From an uncultured virus (IMG/VR IMGVR_UViG_3300042863_002514) (lineage: Duplodnaviria; Heunggongvirae; Uroviricota; Caudoviricetes), in IMG/VR virus record IMGVR_UViG_3300042863_002514, positions 62,001 to 119,063 of that record: a stretch of DNA of 57,063 nt. One strand, written 5' to 3'. Under the pieces are notes generated by a model. That model was given only the letters and a program-made list of their open reading frames with translations. It searched no databases and had not been told where the DNA came from. This document shows, one piece after another, positions 10,851 through 20,629 of the stretch (its first letter is position 1; every line of letters begins with the position of its first letter). The translations under genes and the position numbers were made by a program.

Positions 10851-11459
10851 TCAACTATTTTCTGTTTGCATGCTTTGAAGAACCAGCCGCTTGACCACCT
10901 TCCTCAAGCCTGGATTGACCTTGAGTGCCTCCGGTACAATCTTATGACGAATGTGATTCCGCATATACTTCAAATCTTTATTGCTCTCATCCTCAACCCA
11001 AGGCACCTCATGTCTCACACACCAACTTTCAAACACACTCTTGGGTGTGGTGAGAAAGGGTCGCACCACATTGTTCCGCCACATGGGAATGGTGTGTGTT
11101 TTCCCATGCAAACAGTTGAAGAGATAGGTCTCCACACAATCATCTAGATGATGCCCTGTTACCACAACTCCTTCGATGCTGTGCAAAAACTCATATCGAC
11201 TGTTGCGCCAATGTTCTTCCATTGAAACCCCTTTGGGGCACGCATCAACCAAAAAATCCACTCGCATGGGAATGGAGTTCTCATAACAGTATGTGCTGAG
11301 AAAGCTCAACGCTTTTGAACTTGTTTCGGTGTCATGATGAAAAAAACACACAGTGACGTTGTGCCGGAGGCGCAAAAAATCCAGCACCGCCATGCTGTCT
11401 ACACCACCGCTACACGCTACCCCCAGTTCTCGAGGCAACTTGGCCAGCAACTTGAACAC
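10851..11459 (-). CDS. tilS: tRNA(Ile)-lysidine synthetase (short form)
   Basis: SGGVDSM, R..RY.F, TGHHLDD..ET, RPFL, DESN...Y.RN.IR. Confidence 0.93.
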   Translation of the reverse strand: MFKLLAKLPRELGVACSGGVDSMAVLDFLRLRHNVTVCFFHHDTETSSKALSFLSTYCYENSIPMRVDFLVDACPKGVSMEEHWRNSRYEFLHSIEGVVVTGHHLDDCVETYLFNCLHGKTHTIPMWRNNVVRPFLTTPKSVFESWCVRHEVPWVEDESNKDLKYMRNHIRHKIVPEALKVNPGLRKVVKRLVLQSMQTENS

Positions 11460-12260
11460 CTAAAACTCCATGTTTTCAATGGCCATAATCCATTTCTGCA
11501 CATCAATCTCATAAAACCCTGCACAATTGCAGCAGTTGTATTCAATAATCTTGTTGTATCCATCATCAGCATCGTCAGTAAGAGCCAGGTCAATCACATA
11601 GGCTCGAGCTGGTCCCCACTTTCCAGCCATGCGTTGAGCATATTCCCACATTGTGGGTGGCACTTCTGCTGTTGGACAAACGCGGCTTCCAATCTTGTAG
11701 GTGCTGCCTGTGATGACTTCTCCATCTACTACAAAAAATCGGGCCTCCCGATATATCTGTTTGAGTTCACTCACCACAACTGGAGTGTTCTCATCAAGAG
11801 TAGTATAGGTCTCACGCAATCCAATCACCTTACGTTGCCAAGATAGGAACGCCTGCCAGTCTATTATCTGCCCGTTGAAGCTCTTGGTGTCTTCTGTGGG
11901 TCGGATAAAAAAGCGATCCCACAAATGGGGCACATCACCAAACTTGCACACCACTGCCTCCTCATTGAGGAGATGACCTTTCATGTGTTCACGCCACACT
12001 TGAAAGTCATGGTTCTCATTGTGAAAGCTGCCTGGGGTCCAACCACGATCAGTAGCCAGTGTAGCCAGGCTGATGCTCCCACTCACCATCACGTGTCCTT
12101 GAGGGTCTACCAGGGGAGTAATTCGCTCTTCCCATGGCAACCCACTTGTGAACGGAATCACCTTGACAATGTCATGAGGGATTTGAAGACGAACTAGAGC
12201 TTCCAGAAGGCTGCTATAGTTGCGCTCATTGAGCAGGTTGTCCTGAATAATCCAATGCAT
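11460..12260 (-). CDS. ATP-grasp protein (R2K/DUF4343-like)
   Basis: FFIRP..D.K.F.G, EARFFVV.G, VIDLA, KIIEYN. Confidence 0.75.
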   Translation of the reverse strand: MHWIIQDNLLNERNYSSLLEALVRLQIPHDIVKVIPFTSGLPWEERITPLVDPQGHVMVSGSISLATLATDRGWTPGSFHNENHDFQVWREHMKGHLLNEEAVVCKFGDVPHLWDRFFIRPTEDTKSFNGQIIDWQAFLSWQRKVIGLRETYTTLDENTPVVVSELKQIYREARFFVVDGEVITGSTYKIGSRVCPTAEVPPTMWEYAQRMAGKWGPARAYVIDLALTDDADDGYNKIIEYNCCNCAGFYEIDVQKWIMAIENMEF

Positions 12261-12305
12261 CTGCTACTCCTCTAATAATAGAGCATAACATGCATTGGCT
12301 GTCTG

Positions 12306-13685
12306 TCAACTGACTCTAAAGTTTAGGAACTGCCAAGGATCACTTGAGTCAACCTCTTCCGGAAACAAAAGTCCGCGATCCTCCAGTGGAGTCCAGTTTG
12401 TGTAGGCGCCAACCAAATTTCCCATATAGGGATCAGTGACCTTGGTAATCTCTTGGAAAGGCAGCTCATCAGCTTCCAGGATGCCCTCATTGGGATGCTC
12501 AATGGCCCACAAAATTCCTGCCAGCACTGGTGCCACCACTTGCAAGCTTGTGGCATTGTTGTGGGGAGCCAGTTTCCTTGCCTCTTGAATGCTGAGATGG
12601 CTGCCATACCAATAGGCCCCAAATGTTCCCATGAGCAACACCCCCAGCTCATCTACCCCACTTTCTACTTCATCCACAATGAGTCTTTGAGAGGTTTGTT
12701 GAGTGTAGTTTTTGCCAGCCAGCTCGTGCATGCTCATTACTGCTGAGTCACAGGGATGATATGCGTAATGCACTGTGGGACGATACTCACTGTTGCTGAA
12801 GTAGTCAGAGATGCTGATGCTTTCATTGTGTGTTACCAACCAACCTTGATACGCCCCTTCGCCAGGTGTCCAACTCCGTACCTTGGTAACACAACCTGGT
12901 CGGTTCAAGTAGATCGCAGACTGACAACCAAAGCTGAAACGTTGGGCATCCTGGGGTAAACTTTTCTCATGAGTTCCCCAGCCCAACTCACTGGGTTGCA
13001 AGCCCTCACTCACAAAGCCATCCACACTCCAGGTGTTCACAAACTCGCCGCGAGCTTTTGGACTCTTGGGAGTTTGAGTATCGCGTTCAGCAATGTGGAT
13101 CACTTTCAAGCCCAGTGTTTGGGAGAGAGTGGTCCAATCAGCTCGTGTTTTTGGGTTTAGGTTGCTTCCCAGTTTGTATGCAATGTTCAAAAGCGCACGC
13201 TTCACAAAATGATTCACTAGGCCTGGATTGGCACCGTGTGCCATAATGGCTGTAGGGCCTTTGTTTCCGTTGGGCAGGTTGGCTCTGTAGTCCAACATCT
13301 CTTGGCGTAGTGCATAATTGCTCCTACGCTCTACTGGAAGGCTTGTGTCAGTATAAAAACCTTCCCAGGGCTCAATACAAGTGTCTTGGTAGAGAACTTG
13401 GTTCAGTTGGCACCACTCAACTAGGGCCTTGCTACTCACATTTACACTGAGATTGACCAAAAAATCACCCGGTTGAGTATAGCGAGCCAGCACACTTTGA
13501 TAATTACCAGGAAGCACTGGCTCAATAATGTGAGCCACACTGTATTTGGCGGAGATGTTGATGTTTCGGTCATCAGCACCAATAACTAAAATCTTTTCCG
13601 GCTGAAAATGTTTGAGCAACAATGGTAAAAGTCCACTGCCAATGCTGCCAAATCCCAAAATAACAATTTTACCTTTGTAACTCAA
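12306..13685 (-). CDS. hss: homospermidine synthase
   Basis: GFGSIG, HGANPGLV, IHIAERDTQ, NTWSVDGF.SEG.QP.ELGWG, NATSLQV, DPWQF.NF. Confidence 0.97.
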   Translation of the reverse strand: MSYKGKIVILGFGSIGSGLLPLLLKHFQPEKILVIGADDRNINISAKYSVAHIIEPVLPGNYQSVLARYTQPGDFLVNLSVNVSSKALVEWCQLNQVLYQDTCIEPWEGFYTDTSLPVERRSNYALRQEMLDYRANLPNGNKGPTAIMAHGANPGLVNHFVKRALLNIAYKLGSNLNPKTRADWTTLSQTLGLKVIHIAERDTQTPKSPKARGEFVNTWSVDGFVSEGLQPSELGWGTHEKSLPQDAQRFSFGCQSAIYLNRPGCVTKVRSWTPGEGAYQGWLVTHNESISISDYFSNSEYRPTVHYAYHPCDSAVMSMHELAGKNYTQQTSQRLIVDEVESGVDELGVLLMGTFGAYWYGSHLSIQEARKLAPHNNATSLQVVAPVLAGILWAIEHPNEGILEADELPFQEITKVTDPYMGNLVGAYTNWTPLEDRGLLFPEEVDSSDPWQFLNFRVS

Positions 13686-13722
13686 CTCTAGTTCTCCAAA
13701 TTTTTAGTTGGAGTATACAATA

Positions 13723-14679
13723 CTAGTGATTTTTATCCAAATCTGTCCACTGTCTGCCCCGGATCATGCCTTGAACTTGGCGTACATAATCCTTGCCCTT
13801 GGTGCTGTATTTTTCCAACCCAGTAGCCAATACATCGCCTGTCAAGGGCTTGTTGGCTTTCCTAAGCTGTGCTCGAGTTTGTCGCAAACTTTGATAAGCA
13901 GGATGACTGTTCAAATTTTGAATGTAACTTCGTATGCTTTGGGCGGGATTGTCAAAGGTTTGATAGCGTTCACCACCAGGTGCAATAACAGCATTTTTGT
14001 CTCCCCAAGTTTTTTGACCAAAAAAGGCATTGAATTGGCGGGCAATGTCTGATGTTCCCCAGCCGCTTTCCAAGCCTGCTTGGCTCAATACCAAGCTGGG
14101 AGGAATCACATCCATCTTTTGCAACAGCTCACGAACATTACTAGCTCTGTAACGGGTCATCTTGTCTTCCAGCCATGTTTGTTGTGCTGGTGTGAGACTT
14201 TGCCTCTGCATAATAGATTTCAACGTCGTCCTGTCACGTAATATTTCTTGATTTATCTCACGAATACTAGGCAACAAGTTTTGTACAAAGCTGTTGATTT
14301 TGTCGCCAGGAGCTGCTGTAGGCTGAGATTGTAGGGCTGGCGGAAAATTGGGATGCACATCTTTGCCACTGGGTTTCACTGTTGGCACAACTTTTGGCGG
14401 AATTGGGGGTAGGGGAAGGTCGGTTGCGGGCTTGGGCGCAACGGTTTGTGGTGTGGATGCTGTTGGTGGCACAGCCAGTGGAGGAATTGATGGAGAAACC
14501 ACTCGCTCTTGGCCAGGTGCACTTTTGCCCAAAAGGCTTTTGGCTAATGCACTTCCTTGAGCAGAGCCACCATAGGCACCCAAAGCTGCACTCAAGCCCA
14601 GTGCCCCCAGCGTGCCCCACTTGCCCAATGCCTCTGTAAGGTTTTGATTTTCTTGTGCTAATACTTGATCCAGTTGCAT
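13723..14679 (-). CDS. glucosaminidase (GH73/Bax-like) peptidoglycan hydrolase
   Basis: QAGLESGWGTS, N.FFGQ, NLN.HPAY, YS....Y; Pro-rich linker. Confidence 0.88.
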   Translation of the reverse strand: MQLDQVLAQENQNLTEALGKWGTLGALGLSAALGAYGGSAQGSALAKSLLGKSAPGQERVVSPSIPPLAVPPTASTPQTVAPKPATDLPLPPIPPKVVPTVKPSGKDVHPNFPPALQSQPTAAPGDKINSFVQNLLPSIREINQEILRDRTTLKSIMQRQSLTPAQQTWLEDKMTRYRASNVRELLQKMDVIPPSLVLSQAGLESGWGTSDIARQFNAFFGQKTWGDKNAVIAPGGERYQTFDNPAQSIRSYIQNLNSHPAYQSLRQTRAQLRKANKPLTGDVLATGLEKYSTKGKDYVRQVQGMIRGRQWTDLDKNH

Positions 14680-14712
14680 TCTCTACGTCTCCTAGGTCGA
14701 GTATTTAACCAA

Positions 14713-14748
14713 AGAAAGTCCTGACCCAGAGTTTCCAGGTCAGGACTA
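14713..14748 (-). terminator. intrinsic terminator
   Basis: agtcctgacc/ggtcaggact hairpin. Confidence 0.65.
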
Positions 14749-14774
14749 AATTATTGACTATAATCAGTTGTGTT

Positions 14775-15020
14775 TCACACAGACTTTTTGAGACCAGCCT
14801 TCATTTCCTGCAACACACGCACAGCAGCAGAACTAGAGCGAATGCGAGGATTGTTGATTAGCGCGCCAAACAATTGGTCCTTGCTGACCTTTTGTCCTTG
14901 TAGGCTCTCTAGAATCATTTGTGCTGTTGATTGGGTATTTTCTGTCAACCTCTTTTTGCCTGATACATTAGCGTGTGATTGTTCCACAATGGCTCTGTAT
15001 TTTTTGATGTCGTCGCTCAT
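14775..15020 (-). CDS. hypothetical, putative virion internal protein
   Basis: TATAAATA and AAGGA upstream; repeated L/I-x-E sites. Confidence 0.6.
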   Translation of the reverse strand: MSDDIKKYRAIVEQSHANVSGKKRLTENTQSTAQMILESLQGQKVSKDQLFGALINNPRIRSSSAAVRVLQEMKAGLKKSV

Positions 15021-15114
15021 AGAGTATTCCTTAAGATTTTAAATTATTTATATCTCTAGGAGATTCTTTAAATAACCATATGCAACATCAGCAAGAGATA
15101 GCGAGGGCGTAAGG

Positions 15115-15906
15115 CTAGCCCACAGCCCTCTCTAGGGCCCGTATCCCTTCTAACCCACCGGCAGAGATTCCTAAATCACTTGTACGTGAAGTTTCAAACT
15201 CATGTGGATTGATGCGAATCAAGTTAGTGGTGCGTTCTTGACCAAAGATCCTAATGCTGGGGATTCCAGTTCCTGCACCAATTTCAATACCCAAAACCTC
15301 CATCTTTGATGCTGCCCAATTCCGAAAATTTTCTTGACCTTGATCAATTTGTGTCCAAACAATCCCTGGGTCGTTGAACATCAGCACATTTGGTCGAGCA
15401 TTCTTGTTGCAGTAGGGGCATTTGGGGATTTCCTGTTCTGAGGTGAGCAGGGAAGAAAATTTTGGCATAGAGGGTAAGTTTCGGCAACAGGGTTGAGTGC
15501 ACTGAATTTTTCGCAGATTGCCATGTATCTCATAGAGATATTGTGGGTCATAACCAGCTTTCAAAAAATGGCCATCAACATTACTGGTTACTACAAAACT
15601 TTTTTTGTTGTGTGATTGTAGGAGATCCAGGAGGATCTTGTAACCCTCATGTGGGACAGTGTCTTGATATTTAATCATGCGGCCAACGTAAAAGTTCCAA
15701 GCCTCAAGGGGATTGGTGTCAAAACTTTTGGCTGTAGCTTTCTTGAGAAAGTTTTCTTTGGCCTCGGTCCACAAGCCTGTGGCGCCTCGAAAATCTGGCA
15801 AGCCACTGTCTACACTCATGCCGGCACCAGCCAAGATCACAATTCCTTCGGCTTGATGCCATAATTCTTTTATGCGTTGGGTTTGATCGGGGGTGAGTGG
15901 TTGCAT
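15115..15906 (-). CDS. Sir2/CobB-family NAD-dependent deacylase
   Basis: GAGMSVDSGLPDFRG, TSNVDGH, EIHG, CxxC/CPxC, RPNVLMF. Confidence 0.93.
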   Translation of the reverse strand: MQPLTPDQTQRIKELWHQAEGIVILAGAGMSVDSGLPDFRGATGLWTEAKENFLKKATAKSFDTNPLEAWNFYVGRMIKYQDTVPHEGYKILLDLLQSHNKKSFVVTSNVDGHFLKAGYDPQYLYEIHGNLRKIQCTQPCCRNLPSMPKFSSLLTSEQEIPKCPYCNKNARPNVLMFNDPGIVWTQIDQGQENFRNWAASKMEVLGIEIGAGTGIPSIRIFGQERTTNLIRINPHEFETSRTSDLGISAGGLEGIRALERAVG

Positions 15907-15938
15907 TAGGTTGGGTTCTTTTATAAGAGTGTAGTAAG

Positions 15939-16062
15939 TGGCGGACCCGGAGGGATTCGAACCCCCATCGAAGAGCTTAGGAGCGGTCCCCAAGGATTCG
16001 AACCTTGAATGCTACCTGCGGGACCGGAAGGCTCTTGCCTTATCCAATTAGACCACGGATCC
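15939..16062 (-). tRNA. tRNA-Arg (UCU or CCU) interrupted by a 47-nt tRNA-like insert in the anticodon loop
   Basis: GGATCCG/CGGGTCC G CCA acceptor, GGATA D-loop, AGAGC/GCTCT anticodon stem. Removing ~15982-16028 gives a 77-nt cloverleaf. Confidence 0.85.
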
Positions 16063-16192
16063 TTAACTTGTAGTTTTACTATATTGATCTTTTCTGCAAC
16101 GTCAACTACGAATGTTTGTAGTAATTTTAAGTTTAACACAATCAAAAACAAACACGATAGTATGCGTCTCAAAAACTGTTAGTAAGTTTAAA

Positions 16193-16278
16193 TGGAGCGG
16201 CGTATCGGATTCGAACCGATGGAACCTATTCGCCTCAAGTTTGGAAGACTTGTGCTCTAACCCCTGAGCTAACGCCGC
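16193..16278 (-). tRNA. tRNA-Gly (UCC) with long variable region
   Basis: CAAGT CT TCC AA ACTTG; U73, CCA; 15-nt variable region. Confidence 0.85.
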
Positions 16279-16313
16279 TTACACATCTATATTACACTAT
16301 CATATCAACACTG

Positions 16314-17003
16314 TCAAGCTTTCTTGGAAACCGCAGCAAGAAAATACCCATTGTGCCAATCACTGTTTTCACTATGATTGTTGGGATGACTGCCATCTGG
16401 TGTGGTCATAATTGTGATATAGCTGACCTCAGCCCCCAATTCTCTCAAGGCTCGATGTGTTCCTTCTCTAGCAGGCGGCCAGTTCCAATCATCTACCACA
16501 AGAAGATAATCAGGATCTAGAGCGGGTTGGGCCATCATCAAGCCATCATATTGATCTTGTGCAGTGTGTGGACCATCAAACAAATACATGTTGAACTTGC
16601 CTAGAGTGCTATAGTCAATTGAACGAAAATCCTTTTCCAACACTGTGAGTTGGGTTCCCAGCTGGATTGTCTTGTCTACATTGGCAAAAAATTCATCCCT
16701 GGGGCCATCAAACTGACTCCAATTGTCAATGGCTGTGGCTTGCACCCTATTGTTGCTCAACACGCTGCAAAGTGTGCTGCCTTTCCAACTGCCTATTTCC
16801 AAGTAGCGAGCTTCCTCCAAGCTGCTGGAAATTTTGTTCATGAGATAGCGATACTTTTTTCCACTCATGCCTGGGATTTGGAGATAATATTCCTTAGCTG
16901 TGAGCTCCCGGGAGTAGACTTCATTGAACCAGGTGAACAGCAGATTCTTGAAAGGATGTTTATGATTTGGCTTGTGATGTTGTTGTATATCTAGGTATGT
17001 CAT
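16314..17003 (-). CDS. class I SAM-dependent methyltransferase
   Basis: YLEIGSWKGST, IDNW, FDGPH, VDDWNW. Confidence 0.85.
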   Translation of the reverse strand: MTYLDIQQHHKPNHKHPFKNLLFTWFNEVYSRELTAKEYYLQIPGMSGKKYRYLMNKISSSLEEARYLEIGSWKGSTLCSVLSNNRVQATAIDNWSQFDGPRDEFFANVDKTIQLGTQLTVLEKDFRSIDYSTLGKFNMYLFDGPHTAQDQYDGLMMAQPALDPDYLLVVDDWNWPPAREGTHRALRELGAEVSYITIMTTPDGSHPNNHSENSDWHNGYFLAAVSKKA

Positions 17004-17102
17004 ATAGGAATTATAGCTGGTGTTCCAAGACATACACAATAACAGGGAAAATAATTGAAAAATATAATCTCCGAACCGGAGAACCTATCCTATAAGGGAA
17101 TA

Positions 17103-17176
17103 TGGCCCCAGAGGGATTCGAACCCTCAACTAACAGATTTTAAGTCTGTCTCCTCTGCCAATTGGGATACAGGGCC
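17103..17176 (-). tRNA. tRNA-Leu (UAA), short variable loop
   Basis: ACAGA CT TAA AA TCTGT; 5-nt variable loop. Confidence 0.85.
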
Positions 17177-17198
17177 ACATGGTACAAGTCTTAAAAGT

Positions 17199-17274
17199 TG
17201 GTAGGGGAGGTGGGGTACGATCCCACGGCCTTCCGATTCAAAGTCGGATGCTCCACCAATTGAGCTACTCCCCA
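17199..17274 (-). tRNA. tRNA-Gln (UUG)
   Basis: TCCGA CT TTG AA TCGGA; CCA. Confidence 0.85.
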
Positions 17275-17295
17275 TCAAAGTCACTTCCAAAATTT

Positions 17296-17381
17296 TGGTG
17301 CCCTAGGGGAGATTCGAACTCCCAACCTCGTAAGAGGAGATGATTTTGAGTCATCCGCGTAGACCGTTCCGCCACCAGGGC
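17296..17381 (-). tRNA. tRNA-Leu (CAA)
   Basis: GATGA CT CAA AA TCATC; long variable arm; CCA. Confidence 0.92.
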
Positions 17382-17508
17382 ATCCAGTAGTATATAGTCT
17401 CCTTTTGTTTGCCACACACCGTGTAGTGCGCTTCAACATCATTGTTATACGCGGTTTTTTCGCCACCGTCAACCTTTGATAAATAGGAAAAACCTCAAGG
17501 ACTTTCTG

Positions 17509-17829
17509 ATGCGTCTCCCCATTTTGTCTCTAGCTTTTTCTCTGCTAACCATATCATGTGCCCAAGCTTGGACCCCTGTTGACAGCAAAAAACTTTGCAC
17601 AACCACAAGCCAAGCTTTTGCTATGTTTAAGAAGGAAAATTACCAGCCTGTTATTGTAAGTCAGTTTCAAACCCAGATGGTGTCAGTATGGATCAACCCT
17701 CAAAAAGAAATCTTAGTAACAAATACTCTCAGCGTGCCTGGACAAAGTGAGAGCCTCACTTGTATAATGACCTCAGGCACAGACAAAACTTTTGTGGATG
17801 TGGACACCTTGAATGAGTTGGGCAAATAA
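17509..17829 (+). CDS. exported hypothetical protein
   Basis: signal peptide MRLPILSLAFSLLTISCAQA. Confidence 0.7.
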   Translation: MRLPILSLAFSLLTISCAQAWTPVDSKKLCTTTSQAFAMFKKENYQPVIVSQFQTQMVSVWINPQKEILVTNTLSVPGQSESLTCIMTSGTDKTFVDVDTLNELGK

Positions 17830-17972
17830 TGCCTCAGCCCATTGAAGATTTTGAGAGCTGGTTCAATGTTTTTGGCACCTACAATGTTGATTCAGAGAGT
17901 GGCAAACGTGCTTTGTTTGCCTGCCAAAAAGAGTTGGAAGACTCTGGCGTAGGACTGCATGCAAGATGGTAA
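17829..17972 (+). pseudogene. internally deleted LRR-array member (47 aa)
   Basis: MPQPIEDFESWFNVFGTYNVDSES fused directly to GKRALFACQKELEDSGVGLHARW. Confidence 0.75.
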
Positions 17973-18622
17973 GTGATGTGGAATATGAACAAACCAAAAC
18001 CATCTTGAGCCAGAACTTCAAGATAGAGAGCAATGCCTTATATCCAGCTGGTTGGATGTTTGATCAAGATGGTAAGATTGTTGTGGCTGGTGACTTACAC
18101 CTAACGCGGCCTCAATCTCAGTTACCTTTGCGTTTCAGTAAGGTGCATGGTACCTTCACCTGCAACAACAAGAATCTAAGAACCTTGGAAGGATGCCCAT
18201 TTGAGATTGAAGGAGATTTCGACGCCAGCTTCAACTTGCTATCAAAGTTAACCAGTTTTCCGCATTGGGTCAGTGGCAGTATCCTTCTCAATAGCAACAA
18301 GTTGACTTCTCTACAAGGTTTGCCGGACACAGTATCTGACAATCTGGAGATTCAAGACAACCCACTGGAGTCACTTGACCACTTGCCCAAGAGCATTGCT
18401 TGGGTAACATTGACGTATAGTCCCACAATACCACTGTTGAGAACATTAGGAGCCTTGCATGTGGACCTTATTGTGCCTATGCAATATAAGCGAGGAAACG
18501 AAGGAAAATTCCAGCAGTTACATAAAATTTTGAACAGTTATGCAGGCAAAGGCAAACGTGCTTTGTTTGACTGCCAAAAAGAATTGGAAGATGCGGGTTT
18601 TGAGGAAAATGCACGATGGTAA
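17966..18622 (+). CDS. variable LRR protein, array A member 1
   Basis: 21-aa N.L..L.G.P..V.G.F.C repeats; C-terminal cap GKRALFDCQKELEDAGFEENARW. Confidence 0.85.
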   Translation: MVSDVEYEQTKTILSQNFKIESNALYPAGWMFDQDGKIVVAGDLHLTRPQSQLPLRFSKVHGTFTCNNKNLRTLEGCPFEIEGDFDASFNLLSKLTSFPHWVSGSILLNSNKLTSLQGLPDTVSDNLEIQDNPLESLDHLPKSIAWVTLTYSPTIPLLRTLGALHVDLIVPMQYKRGNEGKFQQLHKILNSYAGKGKRALFDCQKELEDAGFEENARW

Positions 18623-19437
18623 ACCAGGAATTCCCACAAGACAAAACAACTGTTCGTCAGTTACTGAATGAATACTTTGGTTGGGAAAGTACCCTTTTCA
18701 CTATACATGATACAGGTGTTGTAGATGCTCATGGATCAATTTTGTTGAGCAAAGAGACCTCTCGATTGCCTGTGAGATTTGGAGTGGTGGAAGGCAATTT
18801 TCTCTGTCACAGGAACAAGTTGGAAACACTTGAAGGCTGTCCTCACACTGTCTTGGACACATTTGATTGCAGTGAAAACCAGTTGATCAGCTTGGTTGGT
18901 GGCCCAAAAACAGTAAAAGGACAATATTCTTGCCAGAATAATAAACTCTCAGATTTGTTGGGAAGTCCACGAGACTTTACACAAGAATACATTGCATACA
19001 ACAACAATTTAGTGAGTTTGCGAGGTGCTCCCCTGCAAATAGGTGGTATGTTTGATGTCAGTAAAAATCTCTTGACTGATCTTCAAGACGCACCACAGAC
19101 CGTGGAATATTTTTGGGCAACCAACAACAAGCTCACAACACTCAAAGGTGCCTCTTTGAATATTTCCAAGCAGTTTATTTTTGATCACAATCCCTTGGAA
19201 AATCTTGAGGGGTTAGGCTCCCAAACTCCTGATTTGATTGAAGTCAGTTACAAATCCGATTTGCCCTTGTTACGGCTTTTGGTAGCCCAGAAGGTCAATT
19301 TTTGGCCTGTGCTGTGGGGCAAGTATATTCAAGTGGAAACCATCTTGAAAAAATACGCAGGCCAGGGCAAACGAGCCCTGTTTGACTGTCAAAAAGAATT
19401 GGAAGACGCAGGATTTGAAAGGAACGCCAAATGGTAG
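18616..19437 (+). CDS. variable LRR protein, array A member 2
   Basis: same repeat and cap; ATGGTAA overlap. Confidence 0.85.
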   Translation: MVNQEFPQDKTTVRQLLNEYFGWESTLFTIHDTGVVDAHGSILLSKETSRLPVRFGVVEGNFLCHRNKLETLEGCPHTVLDTFDCSENQLISLVGGPKTVKGQYSCQNNKLSDLLGSPRDFTQEYIAYNNNLVSLRGAPLQIGGMFDVSKNLLTDLQDAPQTVEYFWATNNKLTTLKGASLNISKQFIFDHNPLENLEGLGSQTPDLIEVSYKSDLPLLRLLVAQKVNFWPVLWGKYIQVETILKKYAGQGKRALFDCQKELEDAGFERNAKW

Positions 19438-20030
19438 ACAAAAGGGAAATTTTGGAACTGTTGGCAGAGTATTTTTTCTTTGAGCCAAATGACGCTGTGA
19501 AATTTGACATAGGTCCTGAGGGCTTGGTTAATGTGCTTGAGCTGACTCCTGGTCGCGGCCATCTCCGCACTATTAAGGACAAACCCTTCCCTGGAGGTCA
19601 GTTGCCTGTGAGATTTGGCTTGTTCAAAGCCAGCTTAAAATTGGACCGGAATCAAATCGTGGACTTGGTTGGTTGTCCCCCTGTAATCCAAGGCAATTTT
19701 GTTGCACTTGGCAATCAATTGAAAAATTTCAAGGGTGGGCCCAAAGAAGTCACAGGTAGGTTTTGGCTTGGGATGCAGAAAAACCTATTAGAGAGTTTGG
19801 ATGGTTTTCCTGATAGGGTGGGTGACTATGCTAAACTGCCTTACCATGACAAGTTGCCGCTGCTGCGCACGTTAGCTTGCCAAGATGGTGTAATATTGAG
19901 CTCATCATCCTTTAACACTAATCCCATTGAAGAAATAATTGAAAAATACAAAGGACAGGGCAAGCGTGCCCTGTTTGAATGTCAAAAAGATCTAGAGGAT
20001 GCTGGATTTGAAGGAAATGCAAGATGGTAG
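19431..20030 (+). CDS. variable LRR protein, array A member 3
   Basis: same repeat and cap. Confidence 0.85.
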   Translation: MVDKREILELLAEYFFFEPNDAVKFDIGPEGLVNVLELTPGRGHLRTIKDKPFPGGQLPVRFGLFKASLKLDRNQIVDLVGCPPVIQGNFVALGNQLKNFKGGPKEVTGRFWLGMQKNLLESLDGFPDRVGDYAKLPYHDKLPLLRTLACQDGVILSSSSFNTNPIEEIIEKYKGQGKRALFECQKDLEDAGFEGNARW

Positions 20031-20629
20031 ACAAACAAGAAGTTCAGCACATGTTGAACACTTATTTTCGTAATGGTGAGGCAGACAACCGGGTGCGCTT
20101 TCAAATTGAAGATAGTGGTATAGTAAATGTGCAGGAGATCACACCAGGATATGGTGTGCTCTTGGCCATACAAGGACCGTTTCCCAATGGAAAACTGCCT
20201 GTAAAATTTGGCGTTTGCCATGCCAGTTTGATTTTAGACAGATGTGGACTCTCCAGTCTTGAAGGTTGTCCGCAGATTGTGGGAGGCAGATTCACTGCCA
20301 ACAAAAATCCTTTGAAAGACATGACAGGTGGGCCCCTTGAGGTTTCAGGTCGTGTGGGATTTAGACAAGAGGTTCCAGTGTTGAGTCTTGCTGGGTTTCC
20401 CCAACGAGTAGGCCAACACTTGAGCATAAATTATCACAATAAATTGCCCTTGCTTCGAGCTTTGAACTGCCAACAGGGCCTAATGCTGTATGCCCACAAT
20501 GTTATGCAAAGCAAACTTCTAACAATTGAAGGAATATTTTACAAATACGCAGGACAAGGCAAACGTGCCCTGTTTGATTGCCAAAAAGAACTGGAAGATG
20601 CGGGCTTTGAAGGAAATGCAAGATGGTAG
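20024..20629 (+). CDS. variable LRR protein, array A member 4
   Basis: same repeat and cap; closest to member 3. Confidence 0.85.
   Translation: MVDKQEVQHMLNTYFRNGEADNRVRFQIEDSGIVNVQEITPGYGVLLAIQGPFPNGKLPVKFGVCHASLILDRCGLSSLEGCPQIVGGRFTANKNPLKDMTGGPLEVSGRVGFRQEVPVLSLAGFPQRVGQHLSINYHNKLPLLRALNCQQGLMLYAHNVMQSKLLTIEGIFYKYAGQGKRALFDCQKELEDAGFEGNARW

Noticed and set aside
15907..15993. N-terminal extension of Sir2 in the ORF track
   Set aside because: It overlaps tRNA-Arg; the real start is more likely ATG 15906
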